64,000 nt of DNA from Akkermansiaceae bacterium (GCA_051251915.1 JBPOGF010000004.1:128001-192000); one strand, 5' to 3'. Shown: positions 27,324-37,442, numbered from the stretch's first letter. Notes: a model not told the origin generated them from the sequence alone. Translations and numbers: made by a program.

Positions 27324-29234
27324 TTATTTTAGGAACTGGACGGTGCCGATGAGGTTATCTTTTAGGGTGTAGCGGACGATGACTGAGCCGGTGATTTCTT
27401 TGCCGTTGTTGATGCGTTTCCAGTGTTCGAGGTCGACGCAGTGGTCGCCGTGGTGAATTCTGGTTTCTACGGTGGCGCTGAAGTTTCCGCGTGCGAACAT
27501 GGCTTGGTAGTTTTTGCGGAATGCTTGGTGTCCTTGGGTGGTGATTTTTCCTTCTGAGTTTAGGACGATGACTTCTGGGTGGTAGCAGTTTACGAATGCA
27601 TCGATGTCGTGGTTATTGTAGGCTGTGAGTTGTTTTGCGGCTAGGGTTGCGATTTCGCTGTTCATTTTATCTTTTTTTTTGAGTTGTGTGGTTTTGAGAT
27701 CCTTTTGGCGGAGGACTTCTTTGACGGCGGCGTAGCAGTTGATGAGTCCGTGGCCTGTTTCGTAGTCGAGGCCTGGGGCGGCTACGTCTGTGGCGGTGGA
27801 GGTGATGATTTTCTTGAGGTCCCAGGGGAGGAGGTCTGGGTCTGCGGAGAGCATGAGTGAGATGGTGCCGCAGAACATGGGGCCGGCGAAGGAGTTGCCG
27901 TTGAGGGCTCCTGGGATGACGGTTCCATCAGGCATGAGGAGGGGGACTTGGTGATTGAATGCGCAGACTTCTGGTTTCTGGACGATGCCGTCTTTGTAGT
28001 GTTCTGTGTTCCATTCTACTGGGCCTTTGCTGGAGAAGATGGTTTTGGTGAGGTCTTGGTGCACACCGGCGGCAGCGAAGACTGCTTCAGGGATGTCTTC
28101 TGGGGTGCGCATTTGGACTGGGATTTTGGTGGTTTGGGCGAAGTTGCCTGCGCCTGAGACGAAGAAGAGGCCGCAGAAGGAGCCGTGTTCCATGACTTTT
28201 CTCCAGTGGGAGCGTTTTTCACCTAGGTGTGGGGCGGAGAAGCTCATGCTGTAGGTGTCTGCGCCTTGCTCGATGGCCCATTCGACGGCGGACTCGATGT
28301 TGGCGGAGGTGATGACGCCGGCCCATCTGCTCATGGGGGCGATGCCGAACTGGGGTGCGCCGTTGTCTGCGGTGGCTCCGGAGATGATGTGTGCGCAGCT
28401 GGTGCCGTGGAGGCTTTTGCGGTCGGATCTGGGTTCTCCTGTGAGTGATTTTGTGGTGAGGCTTGCGGTGTTGGTGTTGAAGTTGAAGCCGTGGGAGTCG
28501 TCTATGAGGCCGTTGGCGTCGTCATCTTTGCCGTTGTTGGGGATTTCTTTTGGGTTGTTGTAGATGTTTCTGGCGAGGCTTGGGGTGAGGATGAAGTTGC
28601 TGTCGTGGACGATATTGAGGGTGCCTTGTCCGGTGATGCCTAGTTCTGTCCAGACTTTGTCTGCGTGGAGTTTGGCGATGTACCAAGGGAGGTCGGTGGT
28701 GGAGGGTTTGGTGGGGCGATCAAACTTGGTGATGGATTCTGGTTTTTGGGATGCATTGGTGAGGCGTGGGCGTCTGCTTTGTGAGAAGATTTTGCTGACG
28801 CCTTTGATTTTGGCTAGTGATTCGAGTCCTTTTGGGGTGACTTGGCAGGTGAAGCCGTTGACGATCCAGTGTCGTTTGATGGCTTTGATGTCTCCGCTTT
28901 TTAGGAGTTTTTCTAGGTCATTTTCTGCTGAGCTGTAGGATTGGTCACTGAATTTCTTGAGTGATGCGATGACGCGGGTGCGAAGTTCTCTGCGACCTGC
29001 TTCTGAGAACTCTTTGGCTCGGCGGTTGTAGGCTGTTCCGTCTCCGAGGAGTTGTTTATCAAACCAGACAGTGACTAGGGTGGAGGAGTCTGGTCTGAGG
29101 TTGATGTTGGGTGAGATCCAGACTTCTTTGGTGGTGATGGTTTCTGGGGTGATGGTCTCTTTTGCAGATGTTAGGGAGGTGAGTATGGTGGATGTGCAGA
29201 GTAGAGTGGTGAGTTTAGAGGTAAGTTTTTTCAT
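27324..29234 (-). CDS. Subtilisin-like S8 peptidase with a C-terminal SnoaL/NTF2-like domain
   Basis: Triad candidates VHDSN, HGTSCA and NGNSFAGP; NNGKDDDANGLIDD; tail QLTAYNNHDIDAFVNCY. Confidence 0.82.
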   Translation of the reverse strand: MKKLTSKLTTLLCTSTILTSLTSAKETITPETITTKEVWISPNINLRPDSSTLVTVWFDKQLLGDGTAYNRRAKEFSEAGRRELRTRVIASLKKFSDQSYSSAENDLEKLLKSGDIKAIKRHWIVNGFTCQVTPKGLESLAKIKGVSKIFSQSRRPRLTNASQKPESITKFDRPTKPSTTDLPWYIAKLHADKVWTELGITGQGTLNIVHDSNFILTPSLARNIYNNPKEIPNNGKDDDANGLIDDSHGFNFNTNTASLTTKSLTGEPRSDRKSLHGTSCAHIISGATADNGAPQFGIAPMSRWAGVITSANIESAVEWAIEQGADTYSMSFSAPHLGEKRSHWRKVMEHGSFCGLFFVSGAGNFAQTTKIPVQMRTPEDIPEAVFAAAGVHQDLTKTIFSSKGPVEWNTEHYKDGIVQKPEVCAFNHQVPLLMPDGTVIPGALNGNSFAGPMFCGTISLMLSADPDLLPWDLKKIITSTATDVAAPGLDYETGHGLINCYAAVKEVLRQKDLKTTQLKKKDKMNSEIATLAAKQLTAYNNHDIDAFVNCYHPEVIVLNSEGKITTQGHQAFRKNYQAMFARGNFSATVETRIHHGDHCVDLEHWKRINNGKEITGSVIVRYTLKDNLIGTVQFLK

Positions 29235-30331
29235 GGTGTTGGGGTGAGTGTTGGAAATCTTGTGGTTTGGACGGTTTGTTGTTGGTGTGGGATGAATAGG
29301 GCTTGGAGGTCGGGTAGTGAGTTTGCTAGGGGTAAGGATTTTTCTGTGGGGAGGATGCGAAGGGCTGTGGCCCAGGCGTCTGCTTGCATGGCGGTGGGGG
29401 CGATGGTGGTGACGTTGAGGCGGTTGGTTTTGCTGGATTTGGTGGCGGGGTCGATGAGGTGGGCGTGGCGGGTGCCGTCGCGCTCGAAGAATTGGTAGCT
29501 GTCTCCTGATGTGGAGAGGGCTGTGTGGGATAGGGATAGGGAGCCGATGAGTTTGTGCTCTGGGTTCTCGATGCCGATGCGCCAGCCATTTCTTCCTGGA
29601 GGCGCGGCTGCGAGGACAGTTTCTCCGCCGATGATGACGGCGCAGTGGATGATGCCTGCTTCTTTGAGGATGAGCATGAGTTGGTCTGCGATGTAGCCTT
29701 TGGCGATGCCACCGAGGTCAAGCTGGAGGGGTTTGAGGAGGGTGATGGTTTGTTTTTGTGGATTGAGTTTTAGATCTTGGTAGCTGGTTTGGTCTTGGGT
29801 AGCTGGTTGGGTGGACCTATCTCGCCAGCGTTGGGTTTGTTTGCCTAGGGTGATGTCGAATGCGCCGTTGGTTTTCTGTGAGATGGCCTGGGCGTGGGCG
29901 ATGACGGTGAAGAGGTGTGGGCAGACTTTGTGGGGGGTGTTGATTGGTTTATTGCAGAGTAGGTTGAGTTCGCTGTCAGGTAGGTAGTCAGAGAAAATGG
30001 TGTTGAATTCGGTTATGCGTTGGAAGCACTGGATGGATAGTTTTTGTGCTAGTTCATCTTGGTCTGTGTAGAGGACTAGGTGGGCGATGGTTCCGAGGTG
30101 AGGTTGTGAGAAGTTGTGTTTTTTTAGCTTAGTATTGTTAGTATTGTTAGTATTGTTAGTATTGTTAGTGTTGTTTGTAGTAGCTGCAGCAGGAGGTAAG
30201 TTTTCAGAACTTGTAGCGGGCTCGGATTTGCACTGACTTAGGGCTGTTGTTAGGAGGGTGATAATAGAAAAAGCCGCTAGCGATTTGGCTGCGGCTTTTA
30301 AGGTTGTTAGAGTGTGAATTTTAAAGGTCAT
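29231..30331 (-). CDS. apbE: FAD:protein FMN transferase lipoprotein
   Basis: GAFDITLG, LDLGGIAKGYIAD, STSGDSYQ, HLIDPAT, ADAWATA. Confidence 0.92.
   Translation of the reverse strand: MTFKIHTLTTLKAAAKSLAAFSIITLLTTALSQCKSEPATSSENLPPAAATTNNTNNTNNTNNTNNTKLKKHNFSQPHLGTIAHLVLYTDQDELAQKLSIQCFQRITEFNTIFSDYLPDSELNLLCNKPINTPHKVCPHLFTVIAHAQAISQKTNGAFDITLGKQTQRWRDRSTQPATQDQTSYQDLKLNPQKQTITLLKPLQLDLGGIAKGYIADQLMLILKEAGIIHCAVIIGGETVLAAAPPGRNGWRIGIENPEHKLIGSLSLSHTALSTSGDSYQFFERDGTRHAHLIDPATKSSKTNRLNVTTIAPTAMQADAWATALRILPTEKSLPLANSLPDLQALFIPHQQQTVQTTRFPTLTPTP
30129..30173. repeat. 9-bp tandem repeat (ttagtattg, about 5 copies) encoding (NTN)n in the ApbE linker
   Basis: Directly visible in the sequence. 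Confidence 0.9.
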
Positions 30332-31481
30332 CTTTGGCTACTCCTGAGTTCCAGTAGTGATACATTTCTTCGACGGTGGGAATTTTAGCTGGTCTGACGA
30401 TGCGTAGGCCAAGCCATGGGGTGTCTGTTAGATACCATAGGCTTCTAGGTTCTTGAGGGTCGCCTTTTTTCCATTCTTTTACTGATGGAGTCCTGGCAGA
30501 TGCGGTGATGTCTGCGAGTTGTTGTTTCCAGTGTCCGCCTTTGATGACGTGAGGGTATGGTTTGGTGGCTTTGATCCATGGGTTGTGAACTTTTGTTTTG
30601 CCAAAATAGGTTGCTCGGTTTGCAACGTATTGGTCTAGTGTCCATTCTTGGAGGTTGCCTTGCATGTCTTGTAGTCCCCATGCATTGGCTTTTTTGAGGC
30701 CTGGTAATTTATATATAGAACCAGGGGCTCCTTCGATCCATGCGAATTTGTGTGCGTCTTGGGGGGTGTCTCCCCAGGTGTATTTAGTTTTGCTATCTGC
30801 GCGGCATGCGTATTCCCATTCTGCTTCTGTTGGAAGGCGGTAGAAGTGTCCTGTTTGGTAACTTAGCCATTGGCAGTATTTATTAGCCGAGTGCTGGGTC
30901 ATGCTGATGGCTGGATGGTCATCTAGAGGCATTCCGTGATTTACGGGGTGATAGATGGGTGTGGGGCGTGCGATGAAGTCGATGTCATCTTCGATGTGTT
31001 CTCGCATAAATTTTTTCACCTGACCATTTTTTTCACGTGTGAATTTGGGACGCATGAATGGTTCAAATTCATTCCATGAGACCTCTGTTTTACCCATCCA
31101 GAAGGGGGATAGGGATACTTCTAGTGAGTCTCCATCTTGTTCGCCTTTCCAGGTGAATGTGCCGGCTTTTATTGGGAGCATTTCAAACTGAGCTCCTGAG
31201 TTTGTTGTTTCTTTGTATGGGAGGAAGGTTTTGGTGTTGCTGTTGCTGTCGCCAAGTTTACTTTCGCTTTGAAAGTTGTCGATGATGCGCTTGTGAATGA
31301 TCTTAATCAGGCGAAGCTCCTCTTCATCAAGATTTTGATTATTTAGAGCAGGCTTGATGTCTGCGGGGGGGGGAGATGGCGCATTCTCCTGAGCAATACC
31401 CACGTTTTGTAGTGAAATTGCTAGAGTCAGGGTTAGTGCAAAGCATGAGCTGATCCGAGATAGTATCTTGGTTGTGAGCAT
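30321..31481 (-). CDS. FGE-sulfatase (SUMF1) domain protein, paralog 2
   Basis: FWMGKTEVS, RLPTEAEWEYACRA, NAWGLQDMQGN. Confidence 0.9.
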   Translation of the reverse strand: MLTTKILSRISSCFALTLTLAISLQNVGIAQENAPSPPPADIKPALNNQNLDEEELRLIKIIHKRIIDNFQSESKLGDSNSNTKTFLPYKETTNSGAQFEMLPIKAGTFTWKGEQDGDSLEVSLSPFWMGKTEVSWNEFEPFMRPKFTREKNGQVKKFMREHIEDDIDFIARPTPIYHPVNHGMPLDDHPAISMTQHSANKYCQWLSYQTGHFYRLPTEAEWEYACRADSKTKYTWGDTPQDAHKFAWIEGAPGSIYKLPGLKKANAWGLQDMQGNLQEWTLDQYVANRATYFGKTKVHNPWIKATKPYPHVIKGGHWKQQLADITASARTPSVKEWKKGDPQEPRSLWYLTDTPWLGLRIVRPAKIPTVEEMYHYWNSGVAKDDL

Positions 31482-31505
31482 GGCTGTGTTTAGAAGAGGT
31501 GGATC

Positions 31506-32651
31506 TTAAAAGTCATCTTCGGCTACTCCTGAGTTCCAGTAGTGATACATTTCTTCAGCGGATGGGATCTTAGCGGGTCTGACGATACGTAGGCCGAGCC
31601 ATGGGGTGTCTGTGTGGTACCATTGGCTTTTTGGGTTTTGTGGATCGGTTTGTTTCCATTTATCTGTAGATGGTGTTCTGGATGCTGCGGTGATGTCTGC
31701 GAGTGGTTGTTTCCAGTGTCCGCCTTTGGTGACGTGGGGGTAAGGTTTGGTGGCTTTTACCCATGGATTGGTGACGTTGTCTTTTGCGAAGTAGGCTTTT
31801 CTGTTAGGCACGTATTGGTCTAGTGTCCATTCTAGGACGTTGCCTTGCATGTCTTGGAATCCCCAAGCGTTTGGCTTTTTGAGGCCGGGCTTGTTGTAGT
31901 GAGATGCGGGATCTCCACCGAGCCAGACGTATTGATCTGCGTCTTCAGAGTTGTCTCCCCAGGTGTATTTGGTTTTGCTGTTTGCGCGGCATGCGTATTC
32001 CCACTCAGCTTCTGTAGGGAGGCGGTAGAAGTGTCCGGTTTGGAAGCTGAGCCATTGGCAGTATTTATTGGCTGCGTGCTGGGTCATGCTGATGGCTGGG
32101 TGTCCATCGCGTGGCATCCCGTAGGTCATGGGATGGTATGGTGGGGTGGGGCGGGCGATGAAGTCGATGTCGTTCTCGATACTGTCACGCATGAAGTCTA
32201 GCACTTGGCCGTCTTTCTGGCGTGGGATTTCTGAGAGCATGAAGGGTTCATATTCTTCCCACGTCACCTCGGTTTTACCCATCCAGAAAGGGGAGAGGGA
32301 GACTTCTAGTGTGTCTCCGTCTTGGTCGCCTTTCCAGGTGAATGTTCCTGCTTTGACTGGTAGCATTTCAAACTGAGCACCGGTTTTGGTTGTTTCCTTG
32401 TATGGAGCGAACGGTTGGGGCTTGTTGTCGTTTGTCTTGTTCTTGATTTGCTGGTAGTCGGTGATGCGCTTGTGAATGACCTTGGCGAGGCGTAGTTCTT
32501 CTTCGTCAAGGTTTTGGTTGTTCAGAGCTGGCTTGACGTCAGCTGCTGGTTCAGGTTGCGGATCATCTTGAGCGACGCTCACGTTCTGAATTGAGAACGC
32601 GAGTGTGAGAGCAAGTGCTGGAGTTGTGGTGATGTGGGATAGTTTGAACAT
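31506..32651 (-). CDS. FGE-sulfatase (SUMF1) domain protein, paralog 1
   Basis: Same motifs as the neighbour and highly similar to it. Confidence 0.9.
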   Translation of the reverse strand: MFKLSHITTTPALALTLAFSIQNVSVAQDDPQPEPAADVKPALNNQNLDEEELRLAKVIHKRITDYQQIKNKTNDNKPQPFAPYKETTKTGAQFEMLPVKAGTFTWKGDQDGDTLEVSLSPFWMGKTEVTWEEYEPFMLSEIPRQKDGQVLDFMRDSIENDIDFIARPTPPYHPMTYGMPRDGHPAISMTQHAANKYCQWLSFQTGHFYRLPTEAEWEYACRANSKTKYTWGDNSEDADQYVWLGGDPASHYNKPGLKKPNAWGFQDMQGNVLEWTLDQYVPNRKAYFAKDNVTNPWVKATKPYPHVTKGGHWKQPLADITAASRTPSTDKWKQTDPQNPKSQWYHTDTPWLGLRIVRPAKIPSAEEMYHYWNSGVAEDDF

Positions 32652-32666
32652 TTTGTGTTTATGTCA

Positions 32667-33995
32667 TTAAACGAACTTAGTGACACCAGGCTGTGCTGGT
32701 GGGCGTGCCGCGAATGGGGTGTCGAAGTTAAGGCCGGTGGTATCAATAAAGTTATTGGTAGAGGCCATGAGTTGTTTGTCTGTGATGAGCTGGCCGGAGT
32801 AGCCTGCATCGCGTCCCATGATGCAGATGGCGTGGGTGTGCTCGAATTTTCCGATGACGTCGTTGAAGACTTTTCCGGTGCGGATGTGGTCTGTGAAGAT
32901 TTTGTGTTCGTCGACGTATCCTAGGCCGCCTGAACTCTGCCAGGTTGTTTTGCCGTCTTTGATGATGGAGACGTTTCTGCCGTCTGAGATGGCGCTGCCT
33001 TTAGAACCGGTGATGATGTCACCACTGGCTGCGTAGGTTCCAGGGACTTGGCGGCCGAAGAAGTCTGCTGTTCTGCCGTCATCGTACTCGAAGCGAAGGC
33101 TGAACATATCCCAGGCGTTAGCGCCAACTGATGGGACGCTGTTTGCGCCGTTAGCGATACATTTGACAGGCATTTTATCTCCCATGGACCATGACATGCG
33201 GTCGATGCCGTGGATCATGAATTCTAGTGGGCCGTCACCGCCTAGTTCAACGTAGCTCTGCCAGTATCTGAGTGACCATTCCATGTCTGACATGGTTTTT
33301 GGCTTGTACTTGATGTCTGGCATTTTGTTAGGACGGTCTCCTCCGCAGTAGGATGATGAGGTGGAGAGGACGTCTCCGATTTCGCCGTCGTCGATGCGTT
33401 TGTGGAGTTCCATTTGTTGTTCGCTGTATCGCCAGACGAGACCTGTGAGGACGGAGAGGTTTTTACTTTGAGCTAATTTGGCGGAATCGACTACGCTTTT
33501 GAGGCCTGGGATGTCGAGAGCGATTGGTTTCTCTAGGAATACATGTTTTCCAGCGGCGACACAGGCAGCGAAGTGCTGTGGTCTGAATACTGGTGTGGAT
33601 GTGAGGAGGACGATGTCGACTCCACTATCGATGACTTTTTGGAAGGCGTCGAAACCGACGAATTCTCGCTTGCCTCCATCTGTGTTGACACGGTCGCCGT
33701 ATTTGGCTTTGAATTTAGGGATGTTCTCCATGGTTTTCTCAAAGATGTCAGCTGCTGCCCAGAGAACGGTGTCTGGATCTGCTGTGAGGATATCTCTGAC
33801 GGCTCCTGCTCCGCGAGCGCCTAGTCCGACGATGCCGACTTTGAGTTTTTTTCTTGGGCCAGTGGCTGTTGATGCATTGACGAATGGGAATGCGATGGGT
33901 GTGAGTCCGACGGCCGCTGTGCCGATGGTTGCGTTTTTGACAAAGTTACGGCGCGTGAGTTGGGACTGTTCGTTTGATGTATTTTGTTCTGACAT
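32667..33995 (-). CDS. Tat-exported Gfo/Idh/MocA oxidoreductase
   Basis: TRRNFVK Tat motif, VGIVGLGARG, HVFLEKP. Confidence 0.9.
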   Translation of the reverse strand: MSEQNTSNEQSQLTRRNFVKNATIGTAAVGLTPIAFPFVNASTATGPRKKLKVGIVGLGARGAGAVRDILTADPDTVLWAAADIFEKTMENIPKFKAKYGDRVNTDGGKREFVGFDAFQKVIDSGVDIVLLTSTPVFRPQHFAACVAAGKHVFLEKPIALDIPGLKSVVDSAKLAQSKNLSVLTGLVWRYSEQQMELHKRIDDGEIGDVLSTSSSYCGGDRPNKMPDIKYKPKTMSDMEWSLRYWQSYVELGGDGPLEFMIHGIDRMSWSMGDKMPVKCIANGANSVPSVGANAWDMFSLRFEYDDGRTADFFGRQVPGTYAASGDIITGSKGSAISDGRNVSIIKDGKTTWQSSGGLGYVDEHKIFTDHIRTGKVFNDVIGKFEHTHAICIMGRDAGYSGQLITDKQLMASTNNFIDTTGLNFDTPFAARPPAQPGVTKFV

Positions 33996-34381
33996 GATGT
34001 TGGTTGGTTTGGAGATTAGATGTTGTGATTTAGCGTTGAAATGGTGAGCTCAAGTGAGAATGAGGAGTTGTGGAAACGGCACTATTTAAGATAGTGATTT
34101 CGGATTGGGGAGGGATGACGAGTCCACGGAGGGCTGCCGTATTCAAGTGGCAGTGGCGGGATGTGACACGGGGGAACTGTGTGACGTTTTGGCATAGATT
34201 TCGTTTTCCCATTGGTTAGAATGTATACCTGAGTATACCCAATGGAAAACTAAATCTATCAGAAATTTCGGCTCAGAAGGCTAGTTTAGACGGTTGTGCG
34301 GATTTGGCCGTCATGCCTTGGTTTTCTGCCGAAGGAGGTGGGAGGATTATGGTAGTGATTTTAACGATGAAAATATTTCAT

Positions 34382-34963
34382 CTATCTTGGCCATGCAAGA
34401 TGCACGTGTGAGCTGTGTGCGCGGTCTCCAGGTCCGAGTGCTTCTGTGGCGCCTTTTGCTCTGCCTGCGCTCATGAATGCTCTGAAGTATGGGTTGCTGT
34501 AGTTTACTTTTCTGCCGTTGATCATATCTACATCAAAGGCGACGCCTGCATAGTGTCTGGATGTGCGGCTGTGTGAGCCACCTGCAATGGAGGTGACTCT
34601 GTAGGTGTAGCCTCTTGTGTCAGCCATGTAGAGCATGGTTTGGAGCATTTGTCTTCTGAGTTTAACGTATCCACCTGGTGCGGTGCCGTATGAGCTGCGT
34701 TTGGCGCTGTATCCGCGGGCTGTAGCTGCGATGTTGTGGTATGCACTGGCTCCATCAATTCTACCGCTTACTTGCTTAGGTAGTAGGGTGATTTTAGGGT
34801 GATTGAGGACTCGTCTAGCAAGGGCTGAATTTGTGTAAAGAGCTGTGGTAGCTGACTTAATTGGTGTTTTCTTACTTCCAGGGTCCGAGCCAGTAAGGGA
34901 TCCGCATGAGGTGAAAATGGCGGCTGATGAAAGAAGGGCAAGAGGTTTAATAATGAGATTCAT
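34382..34963 (-). CDS. Lipoprotein with Zn DD-peptidase/M15-like domain
   Basis: Lipobox FTSC; SRHYAGVAFD...HSSHVH Zn-ligand pattern. Confidence 0.65.
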   Translation of the reverse strand: MNLIIKPLALLSSAAIFTSCGSLTGSDPGSKKTPIKSATTALYTNSALARRVLNHPKITLLPKQVSGRIDGASAYHNIAATARGYSAKRSSYGTAPGGYVKLRRQMLQTMLYMADTRGYTYRVTSIAGGSHSRTSRHYAGVAFDVDMINGRKVNYSNPYFRAFMSAGRAKGATEALGPGDRAHSSHVHLAWPR

Positions 34964-35140
34964 GAATAGATTGATTAGGTGCTGGGGAGGTTACTGGTGT
35001 GATATCTCATTTGTCAAATCACATCTGAAATAAAGGCTTGTGTGCCTCATCTGGACTGTTACGATATTATCAAACCATTAATGAATGAGTCTTTTGCTTA
35101 TTTAAGGTTTTATAAAACAATACTAACTAATACTAATACA

Positions 35141-36013
35141 ATGAAAAATATATTATTTGCGAGCCTTGCAGCAGGTTCACTTCTGTTCACTTCATGTGGG
35201 GACAAGAAGGCTGATACTGGTGTAGAGAAGAGTAACTTAGCGGCTAATGAAGCCGTTGAGAACTGGAAGATAGATGTGACAGAAGGCAATGTTGCTAGCT
35301 TATGGGACTCATTCCCAGGTAGCTATCAGTCAGATGTTTCTGGAATCGTTCACGGTTTCGGTGAGAAAGTGGATGCTGAAGTGTATAATAAAGCAATGGA
35401 GACAGTGAGCGCTGCTACTAAGTTGCTTGCGGATAAGAAGAGCATAATCTTGGAGTTGGCTAAAGAATCGGCACCTAAGTCAGAGGCTGACAAAGTGGCA
35501 AAACTGGAAGCAAGTTATGATTCAGTAGTGGGTCTCCTCAATGCGATAGCAACATCAGATGCTAAAGATGTGGATGGACTAAAAAAACTGGATATGGCTA
35601 AGTTCCTCGGAGGTCTCCAGGAGCACACTAAAGAGCTTACATCACTCTCAACACTAGCTGATGATGACATGGATTTTGAGAAGTTTAAGGCAATGACTGC
35701 AACACTTGTTTCTGAATCTGGAGATGCGGCTGAAGTGGAAGTAGCGCTTGACGACGACAAAGAGACTGTGAAGCTTGTTAAGAAAGAAGATCGCTGGATT
35801 CCTGAGGATATGGCTAAAGATTGGCCTAAGATGATAGAGGAAGCTAATGGTGCAATTGGTGAAATAGCAGAGATGAAGCCAGTGCAAAAAGCGCAGATCA
35901 TGGCTGCTCTTAATATGGCTCAGGCTTCTATTAAGGAGTTAGAAGGAGCTAAGACGAAAGAAGAGTTGCAATCAAAGGTTGGCGAAATTATGGGCCAATT
36001 TATGGGAATGTAA
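35141..36013 (+). CDS. Hypothetical lipoprotein
   Basis: MKNILFASLAAGSLLFTSC lipobox; helical, Lys/Glu-rich. Confidence 0.75.
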   Translation: MKNILFASLAAGSLLFTSCGDKKADTGVEKSNLAANEAVENWKIDVTEGNVASLWDSFPGSYQSDVSGIVHGFGEKVDAEVYNKAMETVSAATKLLADKKSIILELAKESAPKSEADKVAKLEASYDSVVGLLNAIATSDAKDVDGLKKLDMAKFLGGLQEHTKELTSLSTLADDDMDFEKFKAMTATLVSESGDAAEVEVALDDDKETVKLVKKEDRWIPEDMAKDWPKMIEEANGAIGEIAEMKPVQKAQIMAALNMAQASIKELEGAKTKEELQSKVGEIMGQFMGM

Positions 36014-36048
36014 TTTATCAACGTTTTCTTACAAAAGACAATCAGAAG

Positions 36049-36077
36049 AAAGTCAGGGGCAACCTTGGCTTTTTTTT
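36049..36077 (+). terminator. Intrinsic terminator
   Basis: agtcaggg-gcaa-ccttggct stem followed by a T-run. Confidence 0.75.
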
Positions 36078-36275
36078 GATTTTGTGGTATCTTTAGTTAG
36101 TGATCATGAGTGACTTACAGTGAAATAGGGTGAAATAGGGTGAAATCTTCTGATTTTTATGGTGTTTTAGGGGTAGAGGGAGTATGAGAGCAGTGCATCG
36201 ACAGGTTTCGCCACCATTGATGCATATTAAGCCCTCCATTAAATTAAATAAAAATAACTAAATCAATTAATCATT

Positions 36276-37379
36276 ATGTTTAAAGAGTTTCCATTCCATA
36301 GAGTCAACTGGAAGACTAGTATCTTCCTGATTGTCACCACACTAGTATCGCTAATATTCGTTCCTATTTACTACATAAATCACGAGTTTTCATGGTTTGT
36401 ATTAGGGATGTTTTTCTTCTACACAGTAGCCACTATTATGAGCATTACGCTCGGCTACCATCGATTATTCTCTCATTTGTCCTTCAAAGCGAAGTGGCCA
36501 GTGAAATTTTTAACTCTGGTTTTCGGTGCGGCAGCATTTGAGAACTCATGCCTGAGCTGGGCATCTGATCACCGTCATCACCACAAGCATGTGGATCATG
36601 ATGGAGATCCCTATGATATTTCAAGGGGCTTTTTCTATGCTCATATAGGATGGTTGCTATTCAAGCTAGATCCAATGCCTATTCAGGATAATGTGGCTGA
36701 TCTTCAGCGTGATAAAATGGTGATGTGGCAAGATAAGTGGGTGCATCTCATTGGTTTTGTTGTGGGGCTTATTATTCCGCCGATCATTGGTTACATGGTG
36801 GGTGGTTACTCAGTTGCTTTAGGATGTTTCCTAGTTGCAGGTTTCCTCCGTATCGTGGTGGTTCAGCACTGCACATTTTTCATTAACTCGCTTTGTCACA
36901 CTATCGGGACACGTCCATACAACTCAGGGAATTCTGCTAGAGATTCTGCGATCATGGCTGTATTTACATGTGGTGAAGGGTATCATAACTACCACCACGC
37001 ATTCCAGCATGATTACAGAAATGGAGTGAAGCCTTGGCAGTTTGATCCTACTAAGTGGATGATCTGGGTGCTTTCAAAGCTAGGTCTAACAAGTAATCTG
37101 CGCCGTGTGTCTGACGCTAAAATACTCCTTGCAGAAATGCGTGAAGCGAAGCGTTTGATCGACCAGAAGCGCGAGACTGTGGAAGTCAAGTCAGCTACAG
37201 TTTGTGAGAAGACAGAGGAGATGATTGATGCATTATCAGATCGGCTTGCTCAGTGTTTCGCTCAAATTGATGAAGCGATTGCAGCTAAGGTGGAATTATC
37301 TAAGGCTGCTTTAAAAGAGATTCATGTTGAGACTCGTGCTGTTGTGAGAGGCATCGGCAGGGTTAAGGCTAGAGCTTAG
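36276..37379 (+). CDS. Membrane fatty-acid (acyl-CoA delta-9-type) desaturase
   Basis: Three His boxes: HRLFSH, HRHHH, HNYHH. Confidence 0.93.
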   Translation: MFKEFPFHRVNWKTSIFLIVTTLVSLIFVPIYYINHEFSWFVLGMFFFYTVATIMSITLGYHRLFSHLSFKAKWPVKFLTLVFGAAAFENSCLSWASDHRHHHKHVDHDGDPYDISRGFFYAHIGWLLFKLDPMPIQDNVADLQRDKMVMWQDKWVHLIGFVVGLIIPPIIGYMVGGYSVALGCFLVAGFLRIVVVQHCTFFINSLCHTIGTRPYNSGNSARDSAIMAVFTCGEGYHNYHHAFQHDYRNGVKPWQFDPTKWMIWVLSKLGLTSNLRRVSDAKILLAEMREAKRLIDQKRETVEVKSATVCEKTEEMIDALSDRLAQCFAQIDEAIAAKVELSKAALKEIHVETRAVVRGIGRVKARA

Positions 37380-37411
37380 TGGCTCTGATCTAAATACATT
37401 TATCATTTATC

Positions 37412-37442
37412 AGCGCGGTTCGTTTTGGATCGCGCTTTTTTT
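37412..37442 (+). terminator. Intrinsic terminator
   Basis: agcgcggttc...ggatcgcgct stem followed by a T-run. Confidence 0.75.

Noticed and set aside
34030..34190. Cobalamin riboswitch (cccgccactg on the minus strand)
   Set aside because: Only one short motif matches; the other conserved B12-element blocks are not recognisable.
34190..34205. Sigma54 promoter TGGCATAGATTTCGT
   Set aside because: The -12 position is GT rather than GC, and it does not point at a nearby gene start.
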